A stretch of DNA of 63,752 nucleotides, filler included, from Dehalococcoidia bacterium (GTDB taxonomy: Bacteria; Chloroflexota; Dehalococcoidia; DSTF01; JACRBR01), in the NCBI GenBank assembly GCA_041494685.1. It is 4 parts of 4 records of this genome, joined end to end, with 100 filler letters (N's around TTAATTAATTAA, not from the genome) between each part and the next. Parts side by side here need not be neighbours in the genome. Positions count along the whole stretch, not along the records: positions 1 to 20,246 come from JBGQBE010000055.1; 3 more parts are not named here. The stretch is one strand, 5' to 3'. Under the pieces are notes generated by a model that was not told the origin of the DNA, searched no databases, and saw only the letters and a list, made by a program, of their open reading frames with translations. The position numbers and the translations under genes are program-made. Each line of letters starts with the position of its first letter. Position 1 is the stretch's first letter. Positions 9,605 to 20,346 of the stretch are shown one piece after another.

Positions 9605-10936
9605 ATGCTTGACTCCCTTTCCGAGAAGCTCACTGGCGTATTCCAGAAGCTCGGCTCGCACGGCACGATCACAGAGAAGGACCTCGACGAAGCGATGCGC
9701 GAGGTCCGCATCGCGCTGCTCGAAGCGGACGTCAACTTCAAAGTGGTCCGCCAGTTCATCGCGGCGGTGCGGGAACGGGCGCTGGGTTCGCAGGTGCTCC
9801 AGAGCCTGACGGCGACGCAGCAGGTCATCGGTATCGTCAACGAAGAGCTGGTGAACATCCTGGGCGGCAGCCCGTCCACGCTGCAACTCGCCTCGAAGCC
9901 GCCGACCGTGATCATGCTCGTCGGCCTCAAGGGCAGCGGCAAGACTACGACGGCCGCGAAGCTGGCGCTGCACCTGCGCAAGCAGGGGGCGCGCCCGCTG
10001 CTCATCGCCGCCGACCCGTACCGCATGGCGGCGGGCGAGCAGTTGAAGGCGCTGAGCAAGCAGCTTGGCATGCCGGTCTTCGAAGCGACGGAGGGCCAAT
10101 CACTGCCGGACCTCTGCACCGCCTCGCTGAAGGAGGCGCAGCGCCAGGGCGCGACAGTCGTCATCGTCGACACGGCCGGCCGCAGCACCATCGATGGCGA
10201 GCTGATGAGCGAAGTGTCGCTGATGCGCGAGGCGCTGAACCCGAACGAGGTGATCCTGGTGCTCGACGCCATGACCGGCCAGGAGGCCGTGAACGTGGCG
10301 ACGGAGTTCCACGCGCAGCTCAACGTCACCGGCATCATCGTCTCGAAGATGGACGGCGACGCGCGCGGCGGCGCCGTGCTCTCGATCCGCGCGGTCAGCG
10401 GGCTGCCGGTGAAGTTCATCGGCACCGGCGAGAAGGCCGACGCGCTGGAGCCGTTCTACCCGGATCGCTTCGCCTCGCGCATCCTGGGCATGGGCGACAT
10501 GCTCGGCCTGATCGAGCGCGCCAAGGAGGCGATCTCCGAGCAGGACGTCCAGGCCATCGAGAAGAAGATGAAGAACAAGAGCCTCGACCTCGAAGACTTC
10601 ATCCTGCAGTTCCAGCGCATCAAGAAGATGGGGCCGCTGAACCAGATCGTCGACATGCTGCCCGGCATGGGGCAGATCAAGAAGCAGATGAAGGTCGAGA
10701 ACTTCGACGACGGGTTCTGGAAGAAGGCCGAAGCGGTGGTCTACTCCATGACTCCGCAAGAGCGGAAGCACCCGGAGGTCATCAACGGCAGCAGGCGGCG
10801 TCGCATCGCCGCGGGAAGCGGCACCACGCCGCAGGAAGTGAATCAATTGCTGAACCAGTGGAAGGAGGCCAAGAAGATCATGCAGAGCTTCTCCGGCAAC
10901 CGCGCCGGGTTCATGCGTATGTTTGGAGGGTTCTGA
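9605..10936 (+). CDS. ffh: Signal recognition particle protein
   Basis: ALLEADVN, GxxGSGKTT, DTAGR, DGDARGG, RILGMGD, SRRRRIAAGSG. Confidence 0.97.
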   Translation: MLDSLSEKLTGVFQKLGSHGTITEKDLDEAMREVRIALLEADVNFKVVRQFIAAVRERALGSQVLQSLTATQQVIGIVNEELVNILGGSPSTLQLASKPPTVIMLVGLKGSGKTTTAAKLALHLRKQGARPLLIAADPYRMAAGEQLKALSKQLGMPVFEATEGQSLPDLCTASLKEAQRQGATVVIVDTAGRSTIDGELMSEVSLMREALNPNEVILVLDAMTGQEAVNVATEFHAQLNVTGIIVSKMDGDARGGAVLSIRAVSGLPVKFIGTGEKADALEPFYPDRFASRILGMGDMLGLIERAKEAISEQDVQAIEKKMKNKSLDLEDFILQFQRIKKMGPLNQIVDMLPGMGQIKKQMKVENFDDGFWKKAEAVVYSMTPQERKHPEVINGSRRRRIAAGSGTTPQEVNQLLNQWKEAKKIMQSFSGNRAGFMRMFGGF

Positions 10937-10938
10937 TC

Positions 10939-11232
10939 GTGCTACGAATTCGACTCCGCCGCGTCGGCAAGAAGAAGCAGCCCAGCTACCGCCTCGTCGT
11001 CGCCGACTCGCACGCGCCGCGTGACGGCGCGTTCATCGAGACGATCGGCACCTACAACCCGCTGACTCAGCCAGCGACCATCGAGGTCAACGACGACAAG
11101 GCGCGCGAGTGGATCGCCAAGGGCGCCGTGCCCTCCGACCGCGTCGCGAAGATCCTCTCCGCCCGCGGCATCGGCGAGCCGCCCGCGTTCACGCCGAAGG
11201 CGAAGAAGGCCGCCGCCGCGCCCGAGGCCTAG
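10939..11232 (+). CDS. rpsP: 30S ribosomal protein S16
   Basis: GTG start; LRIRLRRVGKKKQPSYRLVVADS...RDGAFIETIGTYNP; canonical position after ffh. Confidence 0.96.
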   Translation: MLRIRLRRVGKKKQPSYRLVVADSHAPRDGAFIETIGTYNPLTQPATIEVNDDKAREWIAKGAVPSDRVAKILSARGIGEPPAFTPKAKKAAAAPEA

Positions 11233-11238
11233 CCAGCG

Positions 11239-11469
11239 ATGAAAGATCTCATCGAGTATCTCGCGAAGCAGCTGGTCGACAAGCCGGACGACGTCAAGGT
11301 CACGGAGGAGACGGAGCGCGGCCGCGTGATCGTCCGCCTCGAAGTAGCCGAGGACGACTACGGCAAGGTGATCGGCAAGGGCGGACGCATCGCACAGTCG
11401 ATGCGCGCGCTGCTCAAGGTCGCCGCGGTCCGCAGCGAGGAATACGCCTCGCTCGAGATCGGCGACTAG
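11239..11469 (+). CDS. khpA: KH-domain RNA-binding protein
   Basis: 76 aa; DYGKVIGKGGRIA GxxG loop; between rpsP and rimM. Confidence 0.92.
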   Translation: MKDLIEYLAKQLVDKPDDVKVTEETERGRVIVRLEVAEDDYGKVIGKGGRIAQSMRALLKVAAVRSEEYASLEIGD

Positions 11470-12260
11470 TGCCAGGAGCACCACGCCCCAGGGGCCGCGC
11501 CCCCGCGCCCAGTACCGTCCGCGACCGCGTCGCGGGCCGCCCGGCACCGGCGCCCCCCGGCCCGCCCGGCGCCGCGCCGCGCGCGAACCCGACCGCCCCC
11601 GCCAAGCCCGTCCCGACAAAACGCCGCAGTTCCTTCGCCGCTACCGTGAAAGCGGCGCGCAAGCCGGCGCCCACGCCGCGCGCGAAGCCGCAGGCCGCGC
11701 CCGATACGAACGCTCCGAAACCCGCAGGGGAGCCGCTGACGCCGCGCACGCGCCGCCAGACCGAGCCCGACCCCGGCTACGTCGTCGTCGGCCGCGTTCT
11801 GGCGCCTTTCGGCCTGAAGGGCGAGTTGAAGGTCGAAGCGGTCACCGACAACCCGGAGCGCTTCCGACCGAAGGCGAAGCTCTTCGCGGGCTTGCAGCCG
11901 GTGTCGGTGGCCAGCTCTCGCGAGGCGCAGGGGTACGTCTACATCACGCTCAAGGGCTACCCCGACCGTACGAGCGTCGAGAGGTTCCACAACGCGCTGC
12001 TGCAGATCCCAGAGACCGCCCTGGCGCCGCTGCCCGAGGGCGAGTACTACCGCTTCCAGTTGCTGGGCCTGACGGTCGTGGACCGCAACGGCATCGCGCT
12101 CGGCACACTGGACGAGGTCATCGAGACCGGCGCGAACGACGTCTACCGCGTGCATAGCGAGTCCGGCACGGACCTGCTGCTGCCGGCCCTGCGCGACGTC
12201 ATCGTGAGCGTGGACCTGGCGGCGAAGCGCATGGTCGTCGACCCGCCGGACTGGCGCTAG
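11469..12260 (+). CDS. rimM: Ribosome maturation factor RimM with a Pro/Ala/Arg-rich N-terminal extension
   Basis: VGRVLAPFGLKGELKV, LPEGEYYRFQLLGL, ETGANDVY; GTG at 11469 overlaps the khpA stop; start position uncertain. Confidence 0.88.
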   Translation: MPGAPRPRGRAPAPSTVRDRVAGRPAPAPPGPPGAAPRANPTAPAKPVPTKRRSSFAATVKAARKPAPTPRAKPQAAPDTNAPKPAGEPLTPRTRRQTEPDPGYVVVGRVLAPFGLKGELKVEAVTDNPERFRPKAKLFAGLQPVSVASSREAQGYVYITLKGYPDRTSVERFHNALLQIPETALAPLPEGEYYRFQLLGLTVVDRNGIALGTLDEVIETGANDVYRVHSESGTDLLLPALRDVIVSVDLAAKRMVVDPPDWR

Positions 12261-12288
12261 GCGCACCGACGCCGCTGCCGGGCGCCGG

Positions 12289-12318
12289 TTGAGCGGGCGC
12301 GGGGGGCGCGGGTATACT
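12289..12318 (+). promoter_or_regulatory. Promoter for tRNA-Ala
   Basis: TTGAGC-18 nt-TATACT ending 10 nt before the tRNA. Confidence 0.55.
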
Positions 12319-12328
12319 GGGCGAGTCT

Positions 12329-12404
<76 letters not shown>

Positions 12405-12411
12405 GCATGAC

Positions 12412-12448
12412 CAACACGCCCCTCCGCGCATGCGCGAGGGGCGTGTTG
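12412..12448 (+). terminator. Hairpin after tRNA-Ala
   Basis: 13-bp perfect stem caacacgcccctc/gaggggcgtgttg; weak U tail. Confidence 0.6.
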
Positions 12449-12479
12449 TCTTCGCCCCCAGACCGCTACCCTGCCCCGC

Positions 12480-12959
12480 ATGGACGACGACCGGCGCATC
12501 GCGCGCGTACAGGCCGCGCTGGACGCCCTCGGCTACACGGGCGCCATCATGTCGATGGCGGGCAGCACGCACACGGCCGAGCAGGCCGCGGCGGTGGCCG
12601 GCTGCGCGCTGGGCCAGATCATCAAGACGCTGGCGATATACGTCGCGGGGACGCCGATGCTCGTGCTGGTCTCCGGCGACCGGCGCCTCGACGACCGCCT
12701 CGTGGCGGCGCGCGCCGGCACCGGCCGCAAGCAAGTGAAGCTGGCGTCGCCCGAGCAGGTGCTGGAACTCACCGGGTACCCCGTGGGCGGCGTCTCCCCG
12801 TTCGCGTTGCCCGCCCCGTTGCCCGTCGTCGTAGACGCGACCCTGCGCCGCTTCGACACGGTCTGGGTGGCGGCCGGGACGGCAAGCGCCATCTTGCCCA
12901 TCCCGCTCGACGACCTCCTGCGCTACATCGGTGGCGACTTCGCTGAGATCTCTTCGTAA
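12480..12959 (+). CDS. YbaK/EbsC family aminoacyl-tRNA deacylase
   Basis: THTAEQAA, QIIKTL, TGYPVGGVSPF, VWVAAG motifs. Confidence 0.88.
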   Translation: MDDDRRIARVQAALDALGYTGAIMSMAGSTHTAEQAAAVAGCALGQIIKTLAIYVAGTPMLVLVSGDRRLDDRLVAARAGTGRKQVKLASPEQVLELTGYPVGGVSPFALPAPLPVVVDATLRRFDTVWVAAGTASAILPIPLDDLLRYIGGDFAEISS

Positions 12960-13000
12960 CACGGTTATGTCGTGTCCTTGCCGCCGGCGCGAAGTGCCCA

Positions 13001-13028
13001 TTGACTCCGCGATCAAAGGCGAGATAAT
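13001..13028 (+). promoter_or_regulatory. Promoter for the liv operon
   Basis: TTGACT-16 nt-GATAAT. Confidence 0.5.
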
Positions 13029-13100
13029 GGGCGGGGCCGCAGCGATGGGCACCGAATGCTGCGACGCCCAGTGAACGGATTCAGGAGGAGGATCTCGCAG

Positions 13101-14396
13101 ATGCGTACAAACCAGGGGCGCGGACGGTTCCGTGCACCACTATTGGCGGCGATGGTCGCGATCGTAGCGACAGCCGCGCTGGCCTGCGGCGGCGGCACGA
13201 GCAGCAGCGACAAGACAGCCACCGCTTCGGCTGGCGGCGGCAAGACTCCGGCGGCGGGCAAGACGGCCGGCGCAACCTCGGCCGCGACGTCCGCAGCGGG
13301 TGCGGGCGGCACGATCACGATCAAGAAGGGCGACTCGATCAAGATCGGCATCAGCACGACGCTGACGACCGACAACGCGCAGCTCGGTATTCCGATCCGC
13401 GACTCCGCCCTGCTCGCGATCAAGACGAAGGCCACGATCAAGGGCTTCAAGATCGAGGGCGACCCGCAGGACGACGGGTGCGCCGGCCCGGCTTCCGTCG
13501 CCGCGGCGAACAAGCTGATCGCCGACAAGGTGGTGGCGGTGGTGGGGCCGATGTGCTCCGGCGGCGCGGTCGCGGCGCTGGACCCGTACTCGCAGCAGAA
13601 CATCCTCGTCATCAGCTCCTCGGCCACGAACCCGAGCGTGACCGCGCTGGGCAAGAAGGACTTCTTCCGCACGGCGTGGAATGACGCCACGCAGGGTGCC
13701 GAGATGGCGAAGTACGCCTACACGACCCTCAGCAAGAAGAACGCCGTGCTGGTCAACGACCAGAGCACCTACGGCAAGGGGCTAATGGACGTGTTCAAGG
13801 CTGCGTTCACCACGGCCGGCGGCAAGGTCGCCGGTGAGGAGCAGGTCAAGGTCGGCGACAAGGACTTCGGGCCTACCGTCACGAAGATCAAGGGCGAGAA
13901 CCCGGACATCGTCGTCTTCGGTGGATTCATCGCCGAGGGCGCGATCCTCGTGAGGCAGCTGGCCGAGGCGGGCATCACCGCGACGTTCATGGGCGCTGAC
14001 GGCATCGCCGACCAGAAGTACATCGACCAGGCCGGCGGCAAAGCCGAGGGCTCGTACGTGAGCCGCGGTCCGACGCCGAGCGACCAGACCGAGTACAACA
14101 AGTTCGCCGCCGCATACAAGGCCGAGTACGGCAAGGACCCCGGCCAGTTCGGCGAGCAGACGGTGGACGCCGTCAACATCATCCTGGCCGCCATCGAGAA
14201 GGTCGCGACGACCAACGCGGCGGGCGACCTGGTGATCGACAAGGACGCGCTGATCGCCGCTGCCAAGGCGACGAGCAACTTCAACGGCGCCTCCGGCATC
14301 ATCACCTTCGACGCCAGCGGCGACCGCGTCATCACGACAGGCACGGTCAACCGGATCGACCAGGTGAAGAGCGGGAAGCTCGAGCGCGTACAGTAG
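13101..14396 (+). CDS. livK: Branched-chain amino acid ABC transporter substrate-binding lipoprotein (LivK/LivJ family)
   Basis: AGGAGG RBS; lipobox ALAC; VVGPMCSG, SATNP, FFRT, DQSTYGKG. Confidence 0.88.
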   Translation: MRTNQGRGRFRAPLLAAMVAIVATAALACGGGTSSSDKTATASAGGGKTPAAGKTAGATSAATSAAGAGGTITIKKGDSIKIGISTTLTTDNAQLGIPIRDSALLAIKTKATIKGFKIEGDPQDDGCAGPASVAAANKLIADKVVAVVGPMCSGGAVAALDPYSQQNILVISSSATNPSVTALGKKDFFRTAWNDATQGAEMAKYAYTTLSKKNAVLVNDQSTYGKGLMDVFKAAFTTAGGKVAGEEQVKVGDKDFGPTVTKIKGENPDIVVFGGFIAEGAILVRQLAEAGITATFMGADGIADQKYIDQAGGKAEGSYVSRGPTPSDQTEYNKFAAAYKAEYGKDPGQFGEQTVDAVNIILAAIEKVATTNAAGDLVIDKDALIAAAKATSNFNGASGIITFDASGDRVITTGTVNRIDQVKSGKLERVQ

Positions 14397-14422
14397 ACGC
14401 GCAGCACCGAAGATATGAGCGA

Positions 14423-14456
14423 CGCCGGGAGGCCGCAGGTATGCGGCCTCCCGGCG
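14423..14456 (+). terminator. Intercistronic 15-bp perfect hairpin after livK (mRNA stabiliser or partial terminator)
   Basis: cgccgggaggccgca-ggta-tgcggcctcccggcg. Confidence 0.65.
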
Positions 14457-14478
14457 CGCTGTTCAAGGCGGCGGCAAC

Positions 14479-15390
14479 GTGCAGGAGTACATCCAGCTCC
14501 TCATCGACGGCCTGACGATCGGCGGCGTCTACGCCGTGATCGCGTTAGGCTACACGCTGGTGTACGGCGTCCTCCGGATGATCAACTTCGCCCACGGTGA
14601 ACTCTTCATGATGGGTGCGTTCACCGGCTACTACACACTCAACGGCTTCCAGCAGCACAGCAGCCTCAACGACACGATCCCGGTCTTCACGATCGCCGTG
14701 GCGATCGTGCTGGGCATGCTCGTCGCCGTCGCGCTGGCCGTGGTCATGGAGCGCATCGCGTACCGGCCGCTGCGCCATGCGCCGCGGCTGGCGCCGCTGA
14801 TCAGCGCGATCGGCGTCTCCATCTTCCTGCGGAACATCATGCTCCGCGTGACCAACGCCCAGGGTAAGGTCTACCCCAGAGTGTTCCCCCGCACGGTGCT
14901 CGAGTTCGGCGAGGTTCGCGTGCTGTACGTGCAGATCTTCCTGATCGTCCTCTCTTTCCTCTTCCTCGCACTGCTCTACCTGTTCATCGAACGCACCAAG
15001 ATCGGCATGGCGATCCGCGCGGTCGCGGAGGACCGCACCACTGCCGCGCTGATGGGCGTGAACGTGGATCGCACGATCGTGCTGACGTTCGTGAGCGGCG
15101 CGGCGCTGGCAGGTGCGGCGGGCGTGGTCTACGGCATGTACGTCACCACCGCGACCTCGGGAATGGGGTTCATCCCCGGCATCAAGGCGTTCACCGCGGC
15201 CGTGCTCGGCGGTATCGGCAGCGTGCCAGGGGCGATGCTCGGCGGTTACTTCCTGGGCATCTCCGAATCGTTGAGCACCAAGTGGCTCGGCGCGCAATAC
15301 AAAGACGTCGTCGCCTTCGTGCTCCTGGTTGGCGTGCTGATCTTCCGCCCCTGGGGGCTGCTGGGCAAGCGCGAGGACAAGCGGGCCTAG
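14479..15390 (+). CDS. livH: Branched-chain amino acid ABC permease
   Basis: ALGYTLVYGVLRMINFAHGE, KAFTAAVLGGIGS. Confidence 0.95.
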   Translation: MQEYIQLLIDGLTIGGVYAVIALGYTLVYGVLRMINFAHGELFMMGAFTGYYTLNGFQQHSSLNDTIPVFTIAVAIVLGMLVAVALAVVMERIAYRPLRHAPRLAPLISAIGVSIFLRNIMLRVTNAQGKVYPRVFPRTVLEFGEVRVLYVQIFLIVLSFLFLALLYLFIERTKIGMAIRAVAEDRTTAALMGVNVDRTIVLTFVSGAALAGAAGVVYGMYVTTATSGMGFIPGIKAFTAAVLGGIGSVPGAMLGGYFLGISESLSTKWLGAQYKDVVAFVLLVGVLIFRPWGLLGKREDKRA

Positions 15391-15395
15391 CCAAT

Positions 15396-16676
15396 ATGAG
15401 CACGCTTCGAGAGGCGCTGGCGCAGTGGAGCCCATCCCGCCTCTGGCAGCGGGCCGAAGCGCGCCTGGGCAGGACGTCCGCCGGCGCGGCGGCGCTGCGC
15501 CACGGCCAGTACGTGGTGCTGCCGCTCGCCGCCATCGCCGCCGGCCTGGCGGCTGAGCACATGACAATCCGCTGGGCGTTCGCGATGATCATCGCCGCCA
15601 GCTACCTCATGCTGCGCAGCAGCACGAATCTGTTCGGCATCGTGGTACTGGGCGCGATGCTGGCGTACCTGCCGGAGCACATGGATCTGTTCGAGCGGGG
15701 CATCCTCTTCGACGTCGCGCTTTACGCGATGCTCGGCATCGGCCTGAACATCGTCGTCGGCTATGCGGGACTGCTGGACCTGGGGTACGTCGCCTTCTTC
15801 GCGGTCGGCGCCTACCTCTTCGCGCTGCTGTCCGCGCCCGAGGTCGGCGGCGGCTTCGACGTCGGCACCAGCTTCTGGCTCGTGCTGCCGATGGCGATGG
15901 TGGTGGCGGCGCTCGTCGGCGTGCTGCTCGGCATCCCGGTGCTGCGCCTGCGCGGCGACTACCTGGCGATCGTGACGCTGGGGTTCGGCGAGATCATCGG
16001 CATCATGCTCAACAACGAGGGCGCGACCGGGCTCATCGGCAAGCACGTGAACTCGACCCACGGACTTACGAACGGCTCGGTCGGCGTCTTCTCGATCCCT
16101 AAACCGTATTTCTTCGACATTAAGCTCGCCACGCCGCACGAGATGTACTACGTCGTCCTCGTCGGCTGCCTGCTGGCCGCGTTCGCGGCCGAGCGCATCC
16201 GCGTCTCACGGGTCGGCCGCGCGTGGGAGGCGATCCGCGAGGACGAGGACGTGGCCGCGGCGATGGGCGTGAACACGACGCAGTACAAGCTCCTCGCCTT
16301 TGCCATCGGCGCGTCGATCGGTGGCCTGGGCGGCGCCATCTTCGCCGCGAAGCAGAGCGCGGTCTTCCCATCTGATTTCAACCTCGACGTATCCGTCAAT
16401 GTGCTGGCACTGGTGATCATCGGCGGCATGGGCAACGTGCGCGGCGTCGTGCTCGGCTCCCTGCTGCTGATCGGCCTGCCGGACGTCTTGCGCGATTTCA
16501 GCATCGACCTCGGCTTCGTCAGCCTCGACAACCTGGGCGCGGACTACCGCCTCGTGATCTTCGGTGCGGCGCTGGTCGCGGTGATGGTGCTGCGGCCCGA
16601 GGGGCTGCTGCCGTCGCGGCGCCGGGCGGCCGAATTCGAGCAGGCGCGCGTCATCGAAGCGGAACGGGCCACGTAG
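15396..16676 (+). CDS. livM: Branched-chain amino acid ABC permease
   Basis: GLNIVVGYAGLLDLGYVAF, LRLRGDYLAIVTLGFGEI, GRAWEAIREDE. Confidence 0.93.
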   Translation: MSTLREALAQWSPSRLWQRAEARLGRTSAGAAALRHGQYVVLPLAAIAAGLAAEHMTIRWAFAMIIAASYLMLRSSTNLFGIVVLGAMLAYLPEHMDLFERGILFDVALYAMLGIGLNIVVGYAGLLDLGYVAFFAVGAYLFALLSAPEVGGGFDVGTSFWLVLPMAMVVAALVGVLLGIPVLRLRGDYLAIVTLGFGEIIGIMLNNEGATGLIGKHVNSTHGLTNGSVGVFSIPKPYFFDIKLATPHEMYYVVLVGCLLAAFAAERIRVSRVGRAWEAIREDEDVAAAMGVNTTQYKLLAFAIGASIGGLGGAIFAAKQSAVFPSDFNLDVSVNVLALVIIGGMGNVRGVVLGSLLLIGLPDVLRDFSIDLGFVSLDNLGADYRLVIFGAALVAVMVLRPEGLLPSRRRAAEFEQARVIEAERAT

Positions 16677-16678
16677 CG

Positions 16679-17460
<782 letters not shown>

Positions 17461-17464
<4 letters not shown>

Positions 17465-18207
17465 GCGAGGCCGCGGCGACGCCGAAGGCTCCGCAGGCGC
17501 ACTTGGACGTCCGCCAGGTCGTGTCGGGCTACGGCCAGATCATGGCGATCAAGGGCGTGACGCTGCACGTCGATACGGGCGAAATCGTCGCCCTGATCGG
17601 CAGCAACGGCGCGGGCAAGTCCACCACCCTGCGCACGATCTCCGGCCTGTTGCGGCCGCGCACCGGCGAGATCTGGTTCGAGGGGCAGCGCATCGACCGC
17701 CGCCCGCCGCACGAGATCGTGGGTCTTGGCATCTCGCAGTCGCCCGAGGGGCGCGCGATCTTCGGCCGCCTGAGCGTGCTGGAGAACCTGAAGCTCGGCG
17801 CGTACCACCGCTCGTCCCGCACCGATATCGCCCAAGACATGGAGCGGGTGCTCACGCTCTTCCCCCGCCTGCGCGAGCGGCTGAAGCAGGACGGCGGCAC
17901 GCTCTCCGGCGGCGAGCAGCAGATGCTGGCGATCGCGCGCTCGCTGATGGCGCGCCCGCGCATCCTGCTGCTCGACGAGCCGTCGATGGGCCTCTCGCCC
18001 GTTCTGGTGGAGACGATCTTCCGCACGATCCTGGAGATCAACCGCGAGGGTACGACGATCCTGCTGGTCGAGCAGAACGCGGCGATGGCGCTGCAGATCG
18101 CATCGCGGGGCTACGTGCTGGAGTCGGGTGTCGTAGCGCTGGAGGCGCCGGCGAAGGAGCTGCGGCGGAGCGACATGGTCCGCAAGACATACCTGGGCGA
18201 GCCGTAG
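17461..18207 (+). CDS. livF: Branched-chain amino acid ABC ATPase
   Basis: GSNGAGKST, LSGGEQQML, LDEPSMGL. Confidence 0.95.
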
Positions 18208-18211
18208 CGCC

Positions 18212-20161
18212 TCAGCGCTCGAACGTCACCGTCAGCAAGCGATCGCGGCTCAGGTCGATCTTCATATCCACGCTGGGGGACGCGAACGGAGTGCCATCGA
18301 GCAGCACGCCGGAGCGGTGCATGTCGGGCGGCGGGTCGACGCGCACGGAGATGGGCAGTTCCCAGCCCGGCTGCCGCCGCAAGTGGAGCGTGTAGGTCCA
18401 CGTGTTGCCCTGCTTCACCACTTCCGGCGGCGTGCTGTAGGTGAACACGAGGTGCTTCTTCGTGTCTCTCGGCAGCGCGAAGAAGCGGCCGAACGACACA
18501 AGCCCGTTCTCGTTGCTCACTTCTTCCACGCCGATCTCGCCGGTGTCATCTTTCACCGACGTGATCTTGCTGCCAGGCGGCGTCAGCAGTCGCACATAGC
18601 CGCCGTACTGCCCCTTCAGCATCAGCGTCTCGACCAGCACCGGATCCCGCCCGGCGGACCAGCCGGCCAGGTCGTTGTCGTAGTCCAACGCTACCGTCGT
18701 CGACGCGGCGCCGTCGCCGTCGAGTTTCACCGTGACCTGAGCACTGTGGCGGATGACGGCGTTGAGCTTCGTGCTGTTGACGCTGGCGTCGATCACCTGC
18801 AAGTAGTCGCCACCGGAATAGCTCACGGCGCCGTCCCAGCCGAACTGGTGGATCAGTTCCTCCTGCCGGTCATTGGACGTATAGAGCAGCAGATCCTTCT
18901 GATCGCCCAGCTTCTGCACCAGGTCGATCAGCGGCGACCACTGCCCCGGCTGCGGGTGCAGCACGCGCTGCAGCACTCCGTCCGCCAGGATGCCAGCGAA
19001 CGCCTTGCGGTCGGTGTGCTGCTCGTACGGCGCCCGCGTGTTCGCCTCGATGAGGTCCCAGGCGTTGTCCGCGTCCACCGTCACGCCGAACTCCGGTACG
19101 TCGACCGGGCCGGTGATCGCCAGGAGGCGCTGCAGCGTCGCCACGTTCATGCCAATGACGCCGTCCACCTGCTGCCCGCCGCCCATCAGGAAGAAGCTCC
19201 GCGCGGTCTTCGCCGACGTCGGGAAGTCCGGCGACCAGGTCGAGACGGCCAGGTTCCAACTCGTGTCCTTGAGCAAGTACTGCTGGAGCGGCCGCGGCGC
19301 GGCGATGTGCGGGTTGGCGCGCGCCATCCAGTCCTCGCCGAACTTCACGGCGTCCTCGAACTGCATGTCTTCGACGTGGCCGTGGTCCATGTGCACGGTG
19401 CCGACCACCGACACCAGTCCGCCGGTCGGCAGCAGTTCGGCCTGGTTCTGCGCCAACACCAGGTAGGTGCGCGGCCCGTTGAAGCCCATGAACTCCGGCG
19501 CGAACAGGCGGGCGCGGTTGTAGGTGTCGAGGAAGTCACGCAGGCGCTGGCGTCGCGCGTCCAGCTCGTTGATGCCGCGCCGCATCGGCCCGATCAGCGA
19601 ACGGTCGCCGATGCCGGCGCGCAGCGCGTCGACGTCCTGCAGTTGAGCTTCGATTTTCAGCACATGCGGGTCGACCGCGTCGATCACCGCGACGGTTTTT
19701 TCCGGCAGCGTACCCTCGCCGTGTTCGCGCACGCCGTTGAACGCGTCCACCGCGTCGACGCCGTCCGAGCCGATCGATGCGCCCGCCTCGCCGATGTCGG
19801 CGAGCGAGACCGCGGCATCGACCTGGCCGCCGGCCAGGGGCAGGTGGCGAAGGACGGAGATGACAGGATCATCGTGGATGCGGCTGGTGGCCGCGGCGAA
19901 CTTGATGCCCGCGCCGGCAAAGTCAGCGCGCGCGGCGGCGAGATCTTCGGGCTTCGCGTCGAGCCGCTTCTGTTCGAGGAGCGATTGGCCCGCACGGAGG
20001 TAGGCGCGGCCGTCGTTTACGTCGCGGATGATCTTCGAGGCCCGGTACCCCTCGAACGCGCCGGCGGCGAGGAGCGCGGCCAGCAGCAGCAGCGCGACGC
20101 GGCCGAGCGGCCAACGGCGCAGGCGTGCGAAGCGAGAGGCAGGCGGGGCCTCATCGGGCAT
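18212..20161 (-). CDS. DUF4012 domain membrane-anchored protein
   Basis: N-terminal TM; PRTYLVLAQNQAELLPTGG, WSPDFP, DGVIG motifs. Confidence 0.8.
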   Translation of the reverse strand: MPDEAPPASRFARLRRWPLGRVALLLLAALLAAGAFEGYRASKIIRDVNDGRAYLRAGQSLLEQKRLDAKPEDLAAARADFAGAGIKFAAATSRIHDDPVISVLRHLPLAGGQVDAAVSLADIGEAGASIGSDGVDAVDAFNGVREHGEGTLPEKTVAVIDAVDPHVLKIEAQLQDVDALRAGIGDRSLIGPMRRGINELDARRQRLRDFLDTYNRARLFAPEFMGFNGPRTYLVLAQNQAELLPTGGLVSVVGTVHMDHGHVEDMQFEDAVKFGEDWMARANPHIAAPRPLQQYLLKDTSWNLAVSTWSPDFPTSAKTARSFFLMGGGQQVDGVIGMNVATLQRLLAITGPVDVPEFGVTVDADNAWDLIEANTRAPYEQHTDRKAFAGILADGVLQRVLHPQPGQWSPLIDLVQKLGDQKDLLLYTSNDRQEELIHQFGWDGAVSYSGGDYLQVIDASVNSTKLNAVIRHSAQVTVKLDGDGAASTTVALDYDNDLAGWSAGRDPVLVETLMLKGQYGGYVRLLTPPGSKITSVKDDTGEIGVEEVSNENGLVSFGRFFALPRDTKKHLVFTYSTPPEVVKQGNTWTYTLHLRRQPGWELPISVRVDPPPDMHRSGVLLDGTPFASPSVDMKIDLSRDRLLTVTFER

Positions 20162-20246
20162 GGGTACGCCCTCCGTTCGGGATCCGGTGCGTGAGATGTG
20201 TGAGCGGGGGCCGCCGTAGCGGCCCCCGCCGGGAGTCCTTAGCGAG

Positions 20247-20346
20247 NNNNNNNNNNNNNNNNNNNNNNNNNNNNNNNNNNNNNNNNNNNNTTAATTAATT
20301 AANNNNNNNNNNNNNNNNNNNNNNNNNNNNNNNNNNNNNNNNNNNN
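20247..20346. other. Artificial contig linker (N run with TTAATTAATTAA)
   Basis: Ns flanking a six-frame stop linker. Confidence 0.97.

Noticed and set aside
20247..20346. TTAATTAATTAA palindrome repeated three times in the window (also at 40.3 and 59.6 kb)
   Set aside because: Embedded in N runs; an artificial six-frame-stop contig linker, not biological
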